This document shows, one piece after another, positions 17,891-28,223 of a stretch of 64,000 nucleotides of DNA; the first letter of the stretch is position 1, and each line of letters opens with the position of its first letter. Below the pieces are notes generated by a model. The model did no database searches, had not been told where the DNA came from, and saw only the letters and a program-made list of their open reading frames with translations. The position numbers were made by a program, and so were the translations under genes. Source of the stretch: Cyanobium sp. NIES-981 (GTDB taxonomy: Bacteria; Cyanobacteriota; Cyanobacteriia; PCC-6307; Cyanobiaceae); assembly GCA_945901765.1 (NCBI GenBank), contig CAMDLO010000001.1, forward strand, positions 39,740 through 103,739, read 5' to 3'.

Positions 17891-19524
17891 CAGCCGAGCA
17901 CGGCCTGCAGCATCGGCGTGCCGGTGACAGCCTGACTGGCCCAGGTGAACAACGGACTGGAGAGAATGCCCCCAACAGCCGTGACAATCACACAGCCCAC
18001 CAGGCCCGCCCGCAGCGCCGGCAGACCGGGCAGCGACCAGGTGGGGGCCGGATAGGCCTTCACCACATCGGAGGCCTCCTGGGGCTCCTTCACCACCATC
18101 ATCTTGATCACCGAGATGTAGTAGTAGATGGACACAACAGACGTGATCAGGCCCACCACTACCAGCAGATACTGGCCATCGGCCCAGCCAGCGAAGAAGA
18201 GATAGATCTTGCCGAAGAAGCCCAGCATCGGCGGAATGCCACCCAGCGAGAGCAGGCAGAGGCTGAGGCCCAGGGTGATCAGCGGATCCTTCTGGTACAG
18301 ACCGGCGTAATCACTGATGCGGTCTGAACCGGTGCGCAGCGAAAACAGGATGATGCAGGCGAACGCCCCCAGATTCATGAACAGGTAGGCGGCCATGTAG
18401 AGCACCATGGCGGCATAGCCGTCCTCGGTGCCGCAAACCAGGCCGATCATCACGAAGCCGGCCTGGCCGATCGAGCTGTAGGCCAGCATGCGCTTCATCG
18501 AGGTCTGGGCCAGGGCCACGACGTTGCCCAGCACCATGCTCAGCACCGCCAGCACCGTGAACAGCAGCTTCCACTGGCTGTCGAAGCTGTCGAAGCAGCC
18601 CACCAGGATGCGCAGAGCCAAGGCGAAACCAGCCGCCTTCGACCCCACCGACAGGAAGGCCACCACGGGGGTGGGCGATCCTTCGTAGACATCAGGAGTC
18701 CACTGGTGGAAGGGAACGGCGGCGATCTTGAAAGCCACCGTCGCCAGCACGAACACCAGGGACAGGGCGGCGATCGGACTGGCACTGCTCTGCAGGGCAA
18801 GGCCAACGGCCTCCAGGCTGGTGCCCCCACCGGTGAGGCCGTAAAGGAGGGAGGCTCCGTAGAGAAACACCGCCGCGGCGGCGGAGCCCACCAGCAGATA
18901 CTTGAGTGCCGCCTCGGAACTGCGGGCGTCACGCTTCATGTAACCCGACAGCAGATAACTGGCCACCGAGAGGGTTTCCAGAGACACGAAGATGCTCACC
19001 AGATCGGTGGCGCCGCACAGCACCATCGCCCCGAGGGTGGCGGCCAGCAGGATCGCCGCGTACTCGCCCACCGGCGTGCCGCTGCGCTCCACGTAACGCC
19101 AGCTGAGCATCAGGGTGATCAGAGTGGAGGCTGCCACCACGGCGCGGAAGGCGATCGCCAGGTTGTCGGCCAGAAAGCTGCCCAGAAAGCTGGGGGCCAG
19201 GGCGGGATCGTTCCACTGCAGGGCGAGCAGCAGCAGGGCACCCCCCAGGCCGGCGTAACTGAACGGGGGCACCCAGCGGCTGGCCGCCTTCTCACCGGCC
19301 AGGTCCACCAGCAGGCAGGCCAGCAGGGCGATCAGCACCGCCCCTTCCGGAGCGATGGCGGCGGCGTTGAGCTGGTAGGCCAGGGAGGCAACCCCTGCAC
19401 CGCCGCTGATGGCCTCAATCGCGGGATTCGCTGCGACGGTCGCCCCCAAGGTCGCCGCCGGGGTTGCCGCGCTGAGGAGAGCGCCAGGCAGGAGCGTCGC
19501 CAGGAACGGCGCCAGGAGCGTCAC
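17890..19524 (-). CDS. ndhB: NAD(P)H-quinone oxidoreductase subunit 2 (NDH-1 NdhB)
   Basis: [30 protein letters not shown] and [16 protein letters not shown] motifs. No ATG near the N-terminus. GTG 19524 (544 aa) was chosen; TTG 19449 (519 aa) is equally plausible. The 946-aa track ORF is read-through. Confidence 0.9.
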   Translation of the reverse strand: MTLLAPFLATLLPGALLSAATPAATLGATVAANPAIEAISGGAGVASLAYQLNAAAIAPEGAVLIALLACLLVDLAGEKAASRWVPPFSYAGLGGALLLLALQWNDPALAPSFLGSFLADNLAIAFRAVVAASTLITLMLSWRYVERSGTPVGEYAAILLAATLGAMVLCGATDLVSIFVSLETLSVASYLLSGYMKRDARSSEAALKYLLVGSAAAAVFLYGASLLYGLTGGGTSLEAVGLALQSSASPIAALSLVFVLATVAFKIAAVPFHQWTPDVYEGSPTPVVAFLSVGSKAAGFALALRILVGCFDSFDSQWKLLFTVLAVLSMVLGNVVALAQTSMKRMLAYSSIGQAGFVMIGLVCGTEDGYAAMVLYMAAYLFMNLGAFACIILFSLRTGSDRISDYAGLYQKDPLITLGLSLCLLSLGGIPPMLGFFGKIYLFFAGWADGQYLLVVVGLITSVVSIYYYISVIKMMVVKEPQEASDVVKAYPAPTWSLPGLPALRAGLVGCVIVTAVGGILSSPLFTWASQAVTGTPMLQAVLG

Positions 19525-19626
19525 AGCGGATCTCAGGCCGGGTTTGCTGATGCCGACTGTAGCGGCGCTGTTCGCACCGCTCTGGACGGCGGTGCGATAA
19601 AGAGGGAAGCGGTCGTCCACCTGCCT

Positions 19627-22365
19627 GTGGGTCACACCCTGGTCATCGTCGAGAGCCCCACGAAGGCCCGCACCATCCGCGGCTTCCTTCCGAAGGACTT
19701 CAAGGTGGAAGCCTCCATGGGGCACGTGCGCGACCTGCCCAACAACGCCAGCGAGATCCCCGCGGCCCAAAAAGGCGAGAAGTGGGCCAACCTCGGCGTG
19801 AACACCGCTAACAACTTCGAGCCCCTCTACGTGGTGCCGAAGGACAAGAAAAAGGTGGTGAAGGAGCTCAAGGACGCCCTCAAGGGTGCTGACCAGCTGC
19901 TGCTGGCCACGGACGAAGACCGGGAAGGGGAGAGCATCAGCTGGCACCTGCTGCAGCTGCTGAGCCCCAAGGTGCCGGTGAAGCGGATGGTGTTCCACGA
20001 GATCACCAAGGAGGCCATCGGCCGGGCCCTCGAGCAGACCCGCGAGCTCGACATGGAGCTGGTGCACGCCCAGGAGACCCGCCGCATCCTCGACCGGCTG
20101 GTGGGCTACACCCTCTCGCCGCTGCTGTGGAAGAAGGTGGCGTGGGGGCTGAGCGCCGGCCGCGTGCAGTCGGTGGCGGTGCGCCTGCTCGTGCAGCGCG
20201 AGCGGGCCCGCCGGGCCTTCAAAAGTGGCAGCTACTGGGACCTCAAGGCCCGGCTGGAGCAGGGCGGCAGTGGCTTTGAGGCCAAGCTCAGCCAGCTGGG
20301 CGGTGTGAAGATCGCCGGTGGCTCCGATTTCGATGAAACCACCGGCGCCCTCAAGGCCGGCAGCAAGGTGCGCCTGCTGGCCGAAGCCGAGGCGCGAGCA
20401 CTGCGCGAAGCGGTGCTCGCCGCCCCCTGGACCGTGGCGGCGGTGGAGGAGAAGCCCACGGTGCGCAAGCCGGTGGCCCCCTTCACCACCAGCACCCTGC
20501 AGCAGGAGGCCAACCGCAAGCTGCGCCTCTCGGCCCGCGAAACCATGCGCACGGCCCAGGGCCTCTACGAGCGCGGTTTCATCACCTACATGCGCACCGA
20601 CTCGGTGCACCTGAGCGAGCAGGCGATCAGTGCCGCCCGCAGCTGCGTGGGCGCCAAGTACGGCCAGGAGTACCTCAGCCCCAGCCCGCGCCAGTTCTCC
20701 ACCAAGGCCCGCAATGCCCAGGAGGCCCACGAGGCGATCCGTCCGGCGGGAGAGAGCTTCCGTGACCCCTCAGCCACCGGCCTCGATGGCCGCGATCTGG
20801 CGCTGTATGAGCTGATCTGGAAGCGCACGGTGGCCTCCCAGATGGCCGACGCCAGGCTCACGATGCTGAGCGTCGATCTGGAGGTGGATGGCGGCAAGCT
20901 GGGGCTGGCCAGCTTCCGGGCCAGCGGCAAGCGCATCGATTTTCCCGGCTTCTTCCGTGCCTACGTGGAGGGCTCCGACGACCCCGACGCGGCGCTGGAG
21001 GGTCAGGAGGTGTTGCTGCCGGCCCTCAGAAGCGGCGACCAGCCCGGCTGCCAGGAGGTGGAGGCCCTCGGTCACCAGACCCAGCCCCCCGCCCGCTACA
21101 GCGAGGCGGCCCTGGTGAAGATGCTGGAGAAGGAGGGCATCGGCCGCCCCTCCACCTATGCCTCGATCATCGGCACGATCGTCGACCGGGGCTACGCCAC
21201 CCTGGCGGGCAACGCCCTCACCCCCAGCTTCACGGCCTTTGCGGTGACGGCCCTGCTGGAGGAGCACTTCCCGGACCTGGTGGACACCAGCTTCACCGCC
21301 CGGATGGAGCACACCCTCGATGAGATCTCCCACGGTCAGGTGCAATGGCTGCCCTACCTGGAGAGTTTCTACAAGGGGGACAAGGGTCTGGAGGCCCAGG
21401 TGGCCCAGCGGGAGGGCGACATCGACCCCGGCGCCTCGCGCACCGTGGAGCTGGAGGGGCTGCCCTGCGTGGTGCGCATCGGCCGCTTCGGTGCCTATCT
21501 GGAGACCAAGCGCGTGGCCGACGACGGCAGCGAAGAGCTGCTCAAGGCCACCCTGCCCCAGGAGATCACGCCCGCCGATCTCGATGCCGAGAAGGCGGAA
21601 CTGATCCTCAAGCAGAAGGCCGATGGCCCCGAAGCCCTGGGGGAGGATCCGGAAACGGGGGAATCGATCTACCTGCTCTTCGGCCAGTACGGGCCTTACC
21701 TGCAGCGGGGCCAGGTGAGCGACGAGACCCCCAAGCCCAAGCGCGCCTCCCTGCCCAAGGGGGTGAAGCCGGAGGAGCTGAAGCTGGAGGACGCCCTCGG
21801 CCTGCTGCGCCTGCCGCGCCAGCTGGGTGAGCACCCCGAGGGCGGCCGGATCGAGGCCGGTCTGGGCCGCTTCGGGCCCTATGTGGTGCATCACAAGGGC
21901 AAAGGGGAGAAGGACTATCGCTCCCTCAAGGCCGAGGATGACGTGCTGGCGGTCGGGCTCAGCCGCGCCCTGGAGCTGCTGGCGATGCCCAAGCGCGGCC
22001 GTGGCGGCCGCACCGCCCTCAAGGATCTGGGCACTCCGGAAGGAGCGGATGAGGCGATCCAGCTGTTCGACGGCCCCTACGGCCTCTACGTGAAGCAGGG
22101 CAAGGTGAACGCCTCCCTGCCGGAGGGCACCACCGCCGAGACGATCACCCTGGAGCAGGCTGAGGAGCTGTTGGCTGCCAAAGCCACCTCCGGCAAGGCC
22201 AAGGGGACGGGCCGCAAGACCGCGACCCGATCCACCGCCTCCAAGTCCCCCGCCTCCGGCAAGGCGGCGGCCAAGGCCCCTGCCACCCGGAAAGCGCCAG
22301 CCACCACCAAGACCGGACGCCTGCGCGCCAGCGCCGTGCGGGTGATCAAGCCCGCCGAGAGCTGA
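19627..22365 (+). CDS. topA: DNA topoisomerase I
   Basis: [16 protein letters not shown] (TOPRIM), [10 protein letters not shown] (catalytic Tyr) and a Lys/Ala-rich C-terminal tail. GTG start at 19627, 912 aa. Confidence 0.93.
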   Translation: MGHTLVIVESPTKARTIRGFLPKDFKVEASMGHVRDLPNNASEIPAAQKGEKWANLGVNTANNFEPLYVVPKDKKKVVKELKDALKGADQLLLATDEDREGESISWHLLQLLSPKVPVKRMVFHEITKEAIGRALEQTRELDMELVHAQETRRILDRLVGYTLSPLLWKKVAWGLSAGRVQSVAVRLLVQRERARRAFKSGSYWDLKARLEQGGSGFEAKLSQLGGVKIAGGSDFDETTGALKAGSKVRLLAEAEARALREAVLAAPWTVAAVEEKPTVRKPVAPFTTSTLQQEANRKLRLSARETMRTAQGLYERGFITYMRTDSVHLSEQAISAARSCVGAKYGQEYLSPSPRQFSTKARNAQEAHEAIRPAGESFRDPSATGLDGRDLALYELIWKRTVASQMADARLTMLSVDLEVDGGKLGLASFRASGKRIDFPGFFRAYVEGSDDPDAALEGQEVLLPALRSGDQPGCQEVEALGHQTQPPARYSEAALVKMLEKEGIGRPSTYASIIGTIVDRGYATLAGNALTPSFTAFAVTALLEEHFPDLVDTSFTARMEHTLDEISHGQVQWLPYLESFYKGDKGLEAQVAQREGDIDPGASRTVELEGLPCVVRIGRFGAYLETKRVADDGSEELLKATLPQEITPADLDAEKAELILKQKADGPEALGEDPETGESIYLLFGQYGPYLQRGQVSDETPKPKRASLPKGVKPEELKLEDALGLLRLPRQLGEHPEGGRIEAGLGRFGPYVVHHKGKGEKDYRSLKAEDDVLAVGLSRALELLAMPKRGRGGRTALKDLGTPEGADEAIQLFDGPYGLYVKQGKVNASLPEGTTAETITLEQAEELLAAKATSGKAKGTGRKTATRSTASKSPASGKAAAKAPATRKAPATTKTGRLRASAVRVIKPAES

Positions 22366-22904
22366 TGGCAGCCGGTTCCGGCACACGGTCGTCTGAAGCG
22401 CTGCCCCAGCGGGCCGCAGCCTGGCTGGCGGCGGCTCTGCTGCTGGGGACTGCAGGCTGCAGCGGCAGTCCATTCGGCGATCAGCTCAGCCGCAGCTTTT
22501 CCGATCCCGCCGCTGCGCCGGCCGCCGCTCCGACCACGGCACCATCAGCCAGTCCTCCCGTGTCAGCCAAGCCAGCGGCCCTTCCCCAACAGCCGCAGCG
22601 CGCCAAGCAACCTGCGGCGTCAAGGCAGGCCGGGCCCGCACAACCGCCTGCCACTGCAAAACCACTGCCGTCGGCAAAGCCACCGACTCCAGGTGCCAAG
22701 CCGCCTGCCGCGGCCCCGGCCCCCTATCGGCTGACGCTGCAACTGCCGGCGGCCGATCCCGCGGCCCCTGCCGAAGCCGTCACCCAGGCCCTGCGAGCCG
22801 CTGGCCTGCGTTTCGAGGTGGAACGGATTGAGCGGGTGGTGGAGCCATCGCCGGCCAGCCCAACCGCAGCCCCCACCCCGGCGCCAGCGCCGCTCCCCCG
22901 CTGA
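22365..22904 (+). CDS. Pro/Ala-rich lipoprotein (hypothetical)
   Basis: Lipobox LLLGTAGC, a long P/A/K-rich linker, and a small C-terminal domain YRLTLQLP...LRFEVERIERV. The ATG overlaps the topA stop (TGATG). Confidence 0.6.
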   Translation: MAAGSGTRSSEALPQRAAAWLAAALLLGTAGCSGSPFGDQLSRSFSDPAAAPAAAPTTAPSASPPVSAKPAALPQQPQRAKQPAASRQAGPAQPPATAKPLPSAKPPTPGAKPPAAAPAPYRLTLQLPAADPAAPAEAVTQALRAAGLRFEVERIERVVEPSPASPTAAPTPAPAPLPR

Positions 22905-23554
22905 TGTCCCGCCCCCAGCGCCTCAGCGTCCGCCAGGCCCATCAGCTGCTGGACACCGCCTACCTGGCCTCTGCCACTGGCCTGCTCTGGCTTGCCCTCT
23001 ACTACCTGCCGGTGGGGAGCCCCCTGTTCCGTCTGGCTCTGCCCCTGCCCCTGGCCCTGCTCCAGCTGCGCCACGGCTGGCGCTGCGCCCTCGAGGGGCT
23101 GGTGGTGACAACCCTGCTGCTGGTCGCCCTGATGGGGCCGATCCGGGGCCCGCTGGTGGTGTTCCCCTATGGCTTGCTGGCCCTGTGGCTGGGCTGGTGC
23201 TGGCGCCACCGCTGCAGCTGGTGGCTGAGCTGGGGGGTGGGCAGTGTGATCGGTGCCCTGGGCTTTCTGGTGCGGGTGGCGGTGCTCTCGGTGATGGTGG
23301 GCGAAAACCTCTGGGTGGTGATCACCACCGCAGCGGCGGGGCTGCTGGAGCGACTCGCCGGGGGCGTGGGGCTGGCCTCGGCGATCCAGATCGAACAGGT
23401 GCAGGTGGCGGCGGTGCTGCTGGTCTGGGTGCAGAACGTGATCGTCGTGCTGGCGTTGCACGCCGTTGCCTACTGGATCTTTCCCCGCCTGCAGGCGCCG
23501 ATCAGCGAGCCCCCGGCGGCGCTGCGGGCGCTGGTGGCGATGGATCCGCTCTGA
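22904..23554 (+). CDS. Polytopic membrane protein, tentatively DUF2232-like
   Basis: 216 aa with about 6 hydrophobic segments. The ATG overlaps the preceding stop (TGATG). Family assignment is from memory only. Confidence 0.55.
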   Translation: MSRPQRLSVRQAHQLLDTAYLASATGLLWLALYYLPVGSPLFRLALPLPLALLQLRHGWRCALEGLVVTTLLLVALMGPIRGPLVVFPYGLLALWLGWCWRHRCSWWLSWGVGSVIGALGFLVRVAVLSVMVGENLWVVITTAAAGLLERLAGGVGLASAIQIEQVQVAAVLLVWVQNVIVVLALHAVAYWIFPRLQAPISEPPAALRALVAMDPL

Positions 23555-23559
23555 CGGCG

Positions 23560-24687
23560 GTGCCGCGTCTCTGCAGCCCGCCCCCTGACTTCGGCACCAC
23601 GAAGGATCCAGACTGGAGCCGCAGTCGGGTGCTGTTGCTGCTTGCGGCCACCGCGACGGCAGCGGTGCCCGGCATCTCGGCTGCCGGTGCCACGCCCAGC
23701 TCCCGGCTGGCCACCGCCGCTGCCGATGCGGAGTTGCTGGTGTGGGGGCCCGGCCACCACCGCCCCCACGGACTCCCCCCCCTGCCGGCGGGGGTCAGCC
23801 CCGCTCTGATCAGCCATGTGGTGCTGCGCGAGCTGGGCTGGCTGGAGCGCCTGCAGGTGGTGGATCTGGGCTGCCACCAGGCTCCGGCCGTGCCCCATCT
23901 GCGTCTGCCGGGACTGGAATCGGCGGGACCGGCAAACTGCCTCAGCTCAGGTGCGGCCCTGGATCCGCAGCGGGTGACGGCGCTGCTGGAGCGGGGCCAC
24001 CGCTGGGGGGCCGCGCTGGACCCCACCCGGCCGCTGGTGCTGGCCGAATGCGTGCCGGGCGGCACCAGCACCGCTCTGGCGGTGCTGCGGGGCCTGGGTC
24101 TGGCGGCCGACGGCCTGGTGAGCGGCAGCCTGCGCCGCAGCGCCCATGGTCTCAAGGCCTCCCTGGTGGACGCAGGCCTCACGGCTGCAGCTCTGAACAG
24201 TGGCCAGGGGTCACCGCAGCAGGTGCTGGCGGCGGTGGGAGACCCGATGCAGGCGCTGGCGGCCGGCCTGCTGAGCGCAGCCAGCAGGCGGGGGGTAGCG
24301 GTGCTGCTGGCCGGTGGCAGCCAGATGGCAGCGGTGTTGGCCCTGGCCCTGGCCCTCACCGCTCCGGAGCTACGGCCTGGCCTGGCCAGCCAGGTGCGCC
24401 TGGCCACCACCGCCTGGGTGGCGGAGGAGTCAGACAGCGACCTGAACCGCCTGCTGGCCCTGATCGGTGAGCGCTGGCAGGTGAGGCCAAGGCTGGAGGT
24501 TGCCGCTCTGCGCTTTCACGGATCCAGCTGCCGTGCCCTGGCCGATTACGAGCGCGGCTTCGTGAAGGAGGGTGTGGGGGCTGGCGGTCTGGCCTGGCTT
24601 TGGCAGGGCCAGGGCCGGGAACCAGCAACCCTGGCCCGGGCCTGCGAGGCGGCCTGCGCTGAGCTGCTGGCGGAAGCCGGTGCTTAG
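23560..24687 (+). CDS. CobT-like (nicotinate-nucleotide-dimethylbenzimidazole phosphoribosyltransferase family / TIGR00303-type) protein
   Basis: AAVPGISAAGATP, ECVPGGTSTA and GDPMQ motifs. GTG 23560 gives 375 aa. Confidence 0.7.
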   Translation: MPRLCSPPPDFGTTKDPDWSRSRVLLLLAATATAAVPGISAAGATPSSRLATAAADAELLVWGPGHHRPHGLPPLPAGVSPALISHVVLRELGWLERLQVVDLGCHQAPAVPHLRLPGLESAGPANCLSSGAALDPQRVTALLERGHRWGAALDPTRPLVLAECVPGGTSTALAVLRGLGLAADGLVSGSLRRSAHGLKASLVDAGLTAAALNSGQGSPQQVLAAVGDPMQALAAGLLSAASRRGVAVLLAGGSQMAAVLALALALTAPELRPGLASQVRLATTAWVAEESDSDLNRLLALIGERWQVRPRLEVAALRFHGSSCRALADYERGFVKEGVGAGGLAWLWQGQGREPATLARACEAACAELLAEAGA

Positions 24688-24696
24688 GGTCGAACG

Positions 24697-25722
24697 ATGA
24701 ACGAGCGGCATCAAAAGCTGCGTCGCCGCGATGTCCTGCGGCTTGGCCTGAAGGCCGGTGCGGTGCTGGCTCTGCCCGCCGGGCTGGGCGGCTGCCGCCG
24801 TGGCGACAGCCAATCGCTGCTGTTCGCCGAAGGGGAGCTGCCGGCTGCCTGGCTGCGGCGGCTGCCGACCGGCTGGCGGGCCCAGGGCCTCAGCGATCCG
24901 GCCGCCGTGATCGCGCGCCTGTCCCCCTCCCCGGCAGCACCCAGTCTGGTGATGCTGGGCGACGGCTGGGCCGGCTCCAGCCCGCGCAGCACCTGGCAAC
25001 CCCTGCAGGCCCAGGCCCTGCTGGCTCGATTGGCGCCCTGGGCCCAGCCGGCCAGCCGCCTGTTCGCCGCCGCCGCACCGGCCGTAGCCTTCCCCTGGTC
25101 CTTCAGCCCCTGGGTGCTGGTCTTGCGCTCCCGGCCGGAGCTGGCGGCCCGACGCGCCGAGGGGTGGGGCCTGCTGCTTGATCCCAGCCTGCGCGGGCGA
25201 CTGGTGCTGCCCTCCAGTCCGCGCCTGTGCATGGACCTGATGGATCGGGATTTCGACCGCATCGCCGCCCTGCGCCGGCAGGCCCTCGCCCACGATGATC
25301 GCAACGGGCTCAACCTGCTGCTCAGCGGCAAGGCGGCAGCGGCGGTGCTGCCGTTGCGGCGTCTGATCCCGCTGCTGCGACGCGATCCCCGCCTGAGCGT
25401 GGTGCTTCCCGAACGGGGCGCTCCCCTCAGCTGGCAGCTGCTGCTGCGCCCAGCCCGCAGCCCAGCTCCCCTGCCGGAACAGTGGATCGGCTCCATCCTG
25501 AAACAACCGTTGCTGGAGCAGCTCCTGCTGGCGGGCTGGGTGCCCCCCCTGCCACGCCCCGAGTTGGCTCCCCTGCTGCAGCGCCTGCCTGAGGCCCAGG
25601 CCGCCCTGCTGCTGCCGCCGGAAGCGGTGCTGCAGCGCTGCTGGAATCTGCCACCCCTGAGCACGGCCCAACGCCTCGCCTACCAGACGGTGTGGGATGC
25701 CGCTGCCGGCGCCGCTCCCTGA
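24697..25722 (+). CDS. Tat-signal periplasmic (lipo)protein, solute-binding-protein-like, function unknown
   Basis: Twin-arginine motif RRRDVLRLGLKAGAVLALPAGLGGC, followed by 300 aa of soluble sequence. Confidence 0.55.
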   Translation: MNERHQKLRRRDVLRLGLKAGAVLALPAGLGGCRRGDSQSLLFAEGELPAAWLRRLPTGWRAQGLSDPAAVIARLSPSPAAPSLVMLGDGWAGSSPRSTWQPLQAQALLARLAPWAQPASRLFAAAAPAVAFPWSFSPWVLVLRSRPELAARRAEGWGLLLDPSLRGRLVLPSSPRLCMDLMDRDFDRIAALRRQALAHDDRNGLNLLLSGKAAAAVLPLRRLIPLLRRDPRLSVVLPERGAPLSWQLLLRPARSPAPLPEQWIGSILKQPLLEQLLLAGWVPPLPRPELAPLLQRLPEAQAALLLPPEAVLQRCWNLPPLSTAQRLAYQTVWDAAAGAAP

Positions 25723-25726
25723 GCCT

Positions 25727-26866
25727 TCAGCCCCACAGCCGCCGGCGCGGCGCCGCCGCCAGGCGGCGATGGGTGTCGGCCAGCAGATCGGGAATCGGCA
25801 ACTGGAGCGGGCAGCGGGGCAGGCAGGCGCCGCAGCGGCCACACGCCGCTGCATTCAGCTCCTCCCACCAGTGGCCGGCGCGCCCGATCAGGTTGTAGCG
25901 CTCTGCCGCAAACACCGTCATGCCATGGCCCACGGCCAGATTGCGCAGGCGCAGCAGTTCCGGGATCGGCACCCCGTTCGGACAGGGCAGACAAGCGCGG
26001 CACTGACCGCAGCGCTCGCTGCCGAGACGCAGGTCTCCGCTCGCCACCAGACGCGCCAGGGCCGCGCCATGGGCGGCACTGAGCCAGGGAGGGGGCCCAT
26101 CGATGGCGGCGGCCCAGGCCAGATCCCCAGGCTGCTCCGCTCCCACGCTCAGGGTGGAGATCCCCTGATCGAGCAGGAAGCGGTAGGCCAGCTCCAGGGG
26201 ATGGAACGGGGCGCAGGCAGCCAGCAGTTCGGGGGACGGGTCGTAAAGGCGACCGCCCTTGTCGGCCGGAGAAATGGCCAGCACGCCGATCCCCTCCGCC
26301 AGCGCTGCACGCGCCAGCGGCAGGCGGCTCTGGTCGAAGAGATGAAGGTGCAGGCTGCACACCGTGAAACGCCCCGTTGCCAGGGCTGCCTCAATCAGGG
26401 CATTGCTGCCATGGCTGCTGAAGCCCACCTGATCCACCAGCCCCTCCGCGAGGGCCCAGGCCAGCAGCTCGGCGCCCGGCCCTTCGCTGGCCCAGACCAG
26501 GTGCTCAGGCCGGTTGAGGCCATGCACCGCCAGGGTGGTGAGCCGTGCCACCCCCAGCCGTTCCAGGATCGCCCGCAACTGCTGCCGGCCCGAGGCAGCC
26601 GTGCAGCCGGGCAACAGTTTGCTGGTGATCCGCCACCCCCCCTCTGGTTCCAGGCCGTCGCGCTTCAGCGCCGCCAGAGCCCGGCCCAGAAAGGCTTCGG
26701 CCGGACCATAGGCCGGGGCCGTCTCGAGATGGTTGATGCCCGCAGCGCAAGCGGCGCGCAACACCGCTTCCATCTGAGCCGGGCTGGCCAGGGCGCGCAT
26801 GGTGCCGAGCGTGAAGGGCGAGACCGCGGGACCGCGGCCGAACCGACGCGCGATTCCTGTGGTCAC
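25727..26866 (-). CDS. Aldo/keto reductase fused to a 2x[4Fe-4S] ferredoxin-like C-terminal domain
   Basis: AKR-like N-terminus (GINHLETAPAYG.AE) plus CGQCRACLPCP and CGRCGACLPRCP cluster motifs. GTG start overlaps the upstream stop (GTGA). Confidence 0.75.
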   Translation of the reverse strand: MTTGIARRFGRGPAVSPFTLGTMRALASPAQMEAVLRAACAAGINHLETAPAYGPAEAFLGRALAALKRDGLEPEGGWRITSKLLPGCTAASGRQQLRAILERLGVARLTTLAVHGLNRPEHLVWASEGPGAELLAWALAEGLVDQVGFSSHGSNALIEAALATGRFTVCSLHLHLFDQSRLPLARAALAEGIGVLAISPADKGGRLYDPSPELLAACAPFHPLELAYRFLLDQGISTLSVGAEQPGDLAWAAAIDGPPPWLSAAHGAALARLVASGDLRLGSERCGQCRACLPCPNGVPIPELLRLRNLAVGHGMTVFAAERYNLIGRAGHWWEELNAAACGRCGACLPRCPLQLPIPDLLADTHRRLAAAPRRRLWG

Positions 26867-27453
26867 CCGGCGGTCTCTCCGCCACCGGGCTGATCATCGC
26901 CGTCCACGTCCTGCCCAGGGGACTGTGGATCATCCGGTGGGGCCTGATCGGAGTCGGGCCGGGCCAGGTTGCGCTGGCGCACCAGCTCCGCCGGGCTCAC
27001 CGAATCGAGAAAGCGGCGGAACTGGTCCTGATCCTTGGCATCAGCCTCCGCATCGACCGGAATCGAGGCGTCGGCGACCACCTCCTCCAGCATCCAGATC
27101 GGACTGGCGGTGCGCACCGCCAGGGCGATCGCGTCGCTGGGGCGGGCATCCAGCTCGATGGTCTCCCCAGCGGACGGCTCGAGCTTGAGCACCGCCCGGA
27201 AGGTGTTGTCTTCGATCGCGTGAATGATCACCCGTGCCAGGGTCAGTTCACCGGCATCCAGCAGCGCCACCATCAGGTCGTGGCTGAGGGGCCGCGGCGG
27301 ACGCGCCTCACTGAGGCCGGCGAGAATGTTCTGCGCCTGGGCCTGATCGATCCAGATCGGCACCTGCCGGCGGCCGGAGGGATCCCGGAGCAGCACGATC
27401 GGGCTGCGGCTGGCCGCATCCAGGGCGATGCCGGCGACGCGCATTTCCACCAT
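26863..27453 (-). CDS. Bifunctional nuclease (BFN/DUF151) family protein with acidic C-terminal tail
   Basis: VAGIALDAASRSPIVLLRD..G.R.VPIWI....A..I, RP.SHDL and ARPSDAIALA are typical DUF151 blocks. Confidence 0.75.
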   Translation of the reverse strand: MVEMRVAGIALDAASRSPIVLLRDPSGRRQVPIWIDQAQAQNILAGLSEARPPRPLSHDLMVALLDAGELTLARVIIHAIEDNTFRAVLKLEPSAGETIELDARPSDAIALAVRTASPIWMLEEVVADASIPVDAEADAKDQDQFRRFLDSVSPAELVRQRNLARPDSDQAPPDDPQSPGQDVDGDDQPGGGETAG

Positions 27454-27526
27454 GGTCGGCTGCGCTCCGGTAGGCCCTCTGGCCGATTATGACCAGGAGA
27501 CACGACCGCGGAGCCAGGGAGGGGGG

Positions 27527-28192
27527 ATGTTCACCGGTCTGGTGCGCGCCAAGGGCGTGATCGAACGCAGCAGCGGTGGGGTGCGGCTGCGCTGGCAGCA
27601 CGGAGCCGGTGGCTGGGAACCGGCCGCCCTGGAGTTGGGGGAGAGCGTGGCCGTGGATGGGGTATGCCTGACGGTCGCCGAGCGGCTCAGCGATGGCTTC
27701 CGCGCCGATGTGAGTGAAGAGACCCTGGGCCGCACCACCCTGGCCGCCAAGGCGGAACGCCGCGGCTGGGTGAACCTGGAGCCCGCCCTGCGGCTGGCCG
27801 ATCGTCTCGGCGGCCATCTGGTGAGTGGCCATGTCGACGGGCTGGGACAGGTGCAGGCGATCGAACGGCGGGCGGCGTCCTGGCATCTGGAGCTGAGCTG
27901 GAACGATCCCACCTATGGGCGGTACGTGTGTGAGAAGGCGAGTGTGGCGGTGGATGGCATCAGTCTCACCGTGGCCGGCTGCAGCGAGAGCGGCGAGCGG
28001 TTCTGGATCGCCGTGATCCCCCACACCTGGGCGGAGACCACCCTGGCGAGCCTGCGCCCCGGAACGGCCGTGAACCTGGAGGCCGATCTGCTGGCCAAAT
28101 ACACCGAACGGCTGCTGGCGGCCCGGCAGCCGGAGGCCCCGGCCGCAGGCCTCGATCAGCGGTGGCTGGCCGAGCACGGCTGGACTGCCTAG
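27527..28192 (+). CDS. ribE: Riboflavin synthase alpha chain
   Basis: MFTGLV.., two lumazine-binding repeats (GESVAVDGVCLTV / KASVAVDGISLTV) and GGHLVSGHVDG. Confidence 0.9.
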   Translation: MFTGLVRAKGVIERSSGGVRLRWQHGAGGWEPAALELGESVAVDGVCLTVAERLSDGFRADVSEETLGRTTLAAKAERRGWVNLEPALRLADRLGGHLVSGHVDGLGQVQAIERRAASWHLELSWNDPTYGRYVCEKASVAVDGISLTVAGCSESGERFWIAVIPHTWAETTLASLRPGTAVNLEADLLAKYTERLLAARQPEAPAAGLDQRWLAEHGWTA

Positions 28193-28223
28193 CGTCGCAG
28201 CAGCACGCCCCAGCTGCCTGCCG

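Noticed and set aside
17890-22365. The 946-aa (minus) and 1219-aa (plus) track ORFs suggest giant NdhB and TopA proteins that overlap each other
   Set aside because: The conserved NdhB and TopA sequences begin only at about 19524/19449 and 19627 respectively. The extensions run through the divergent intergenic region and into the partner gene, and they have no homology signal.
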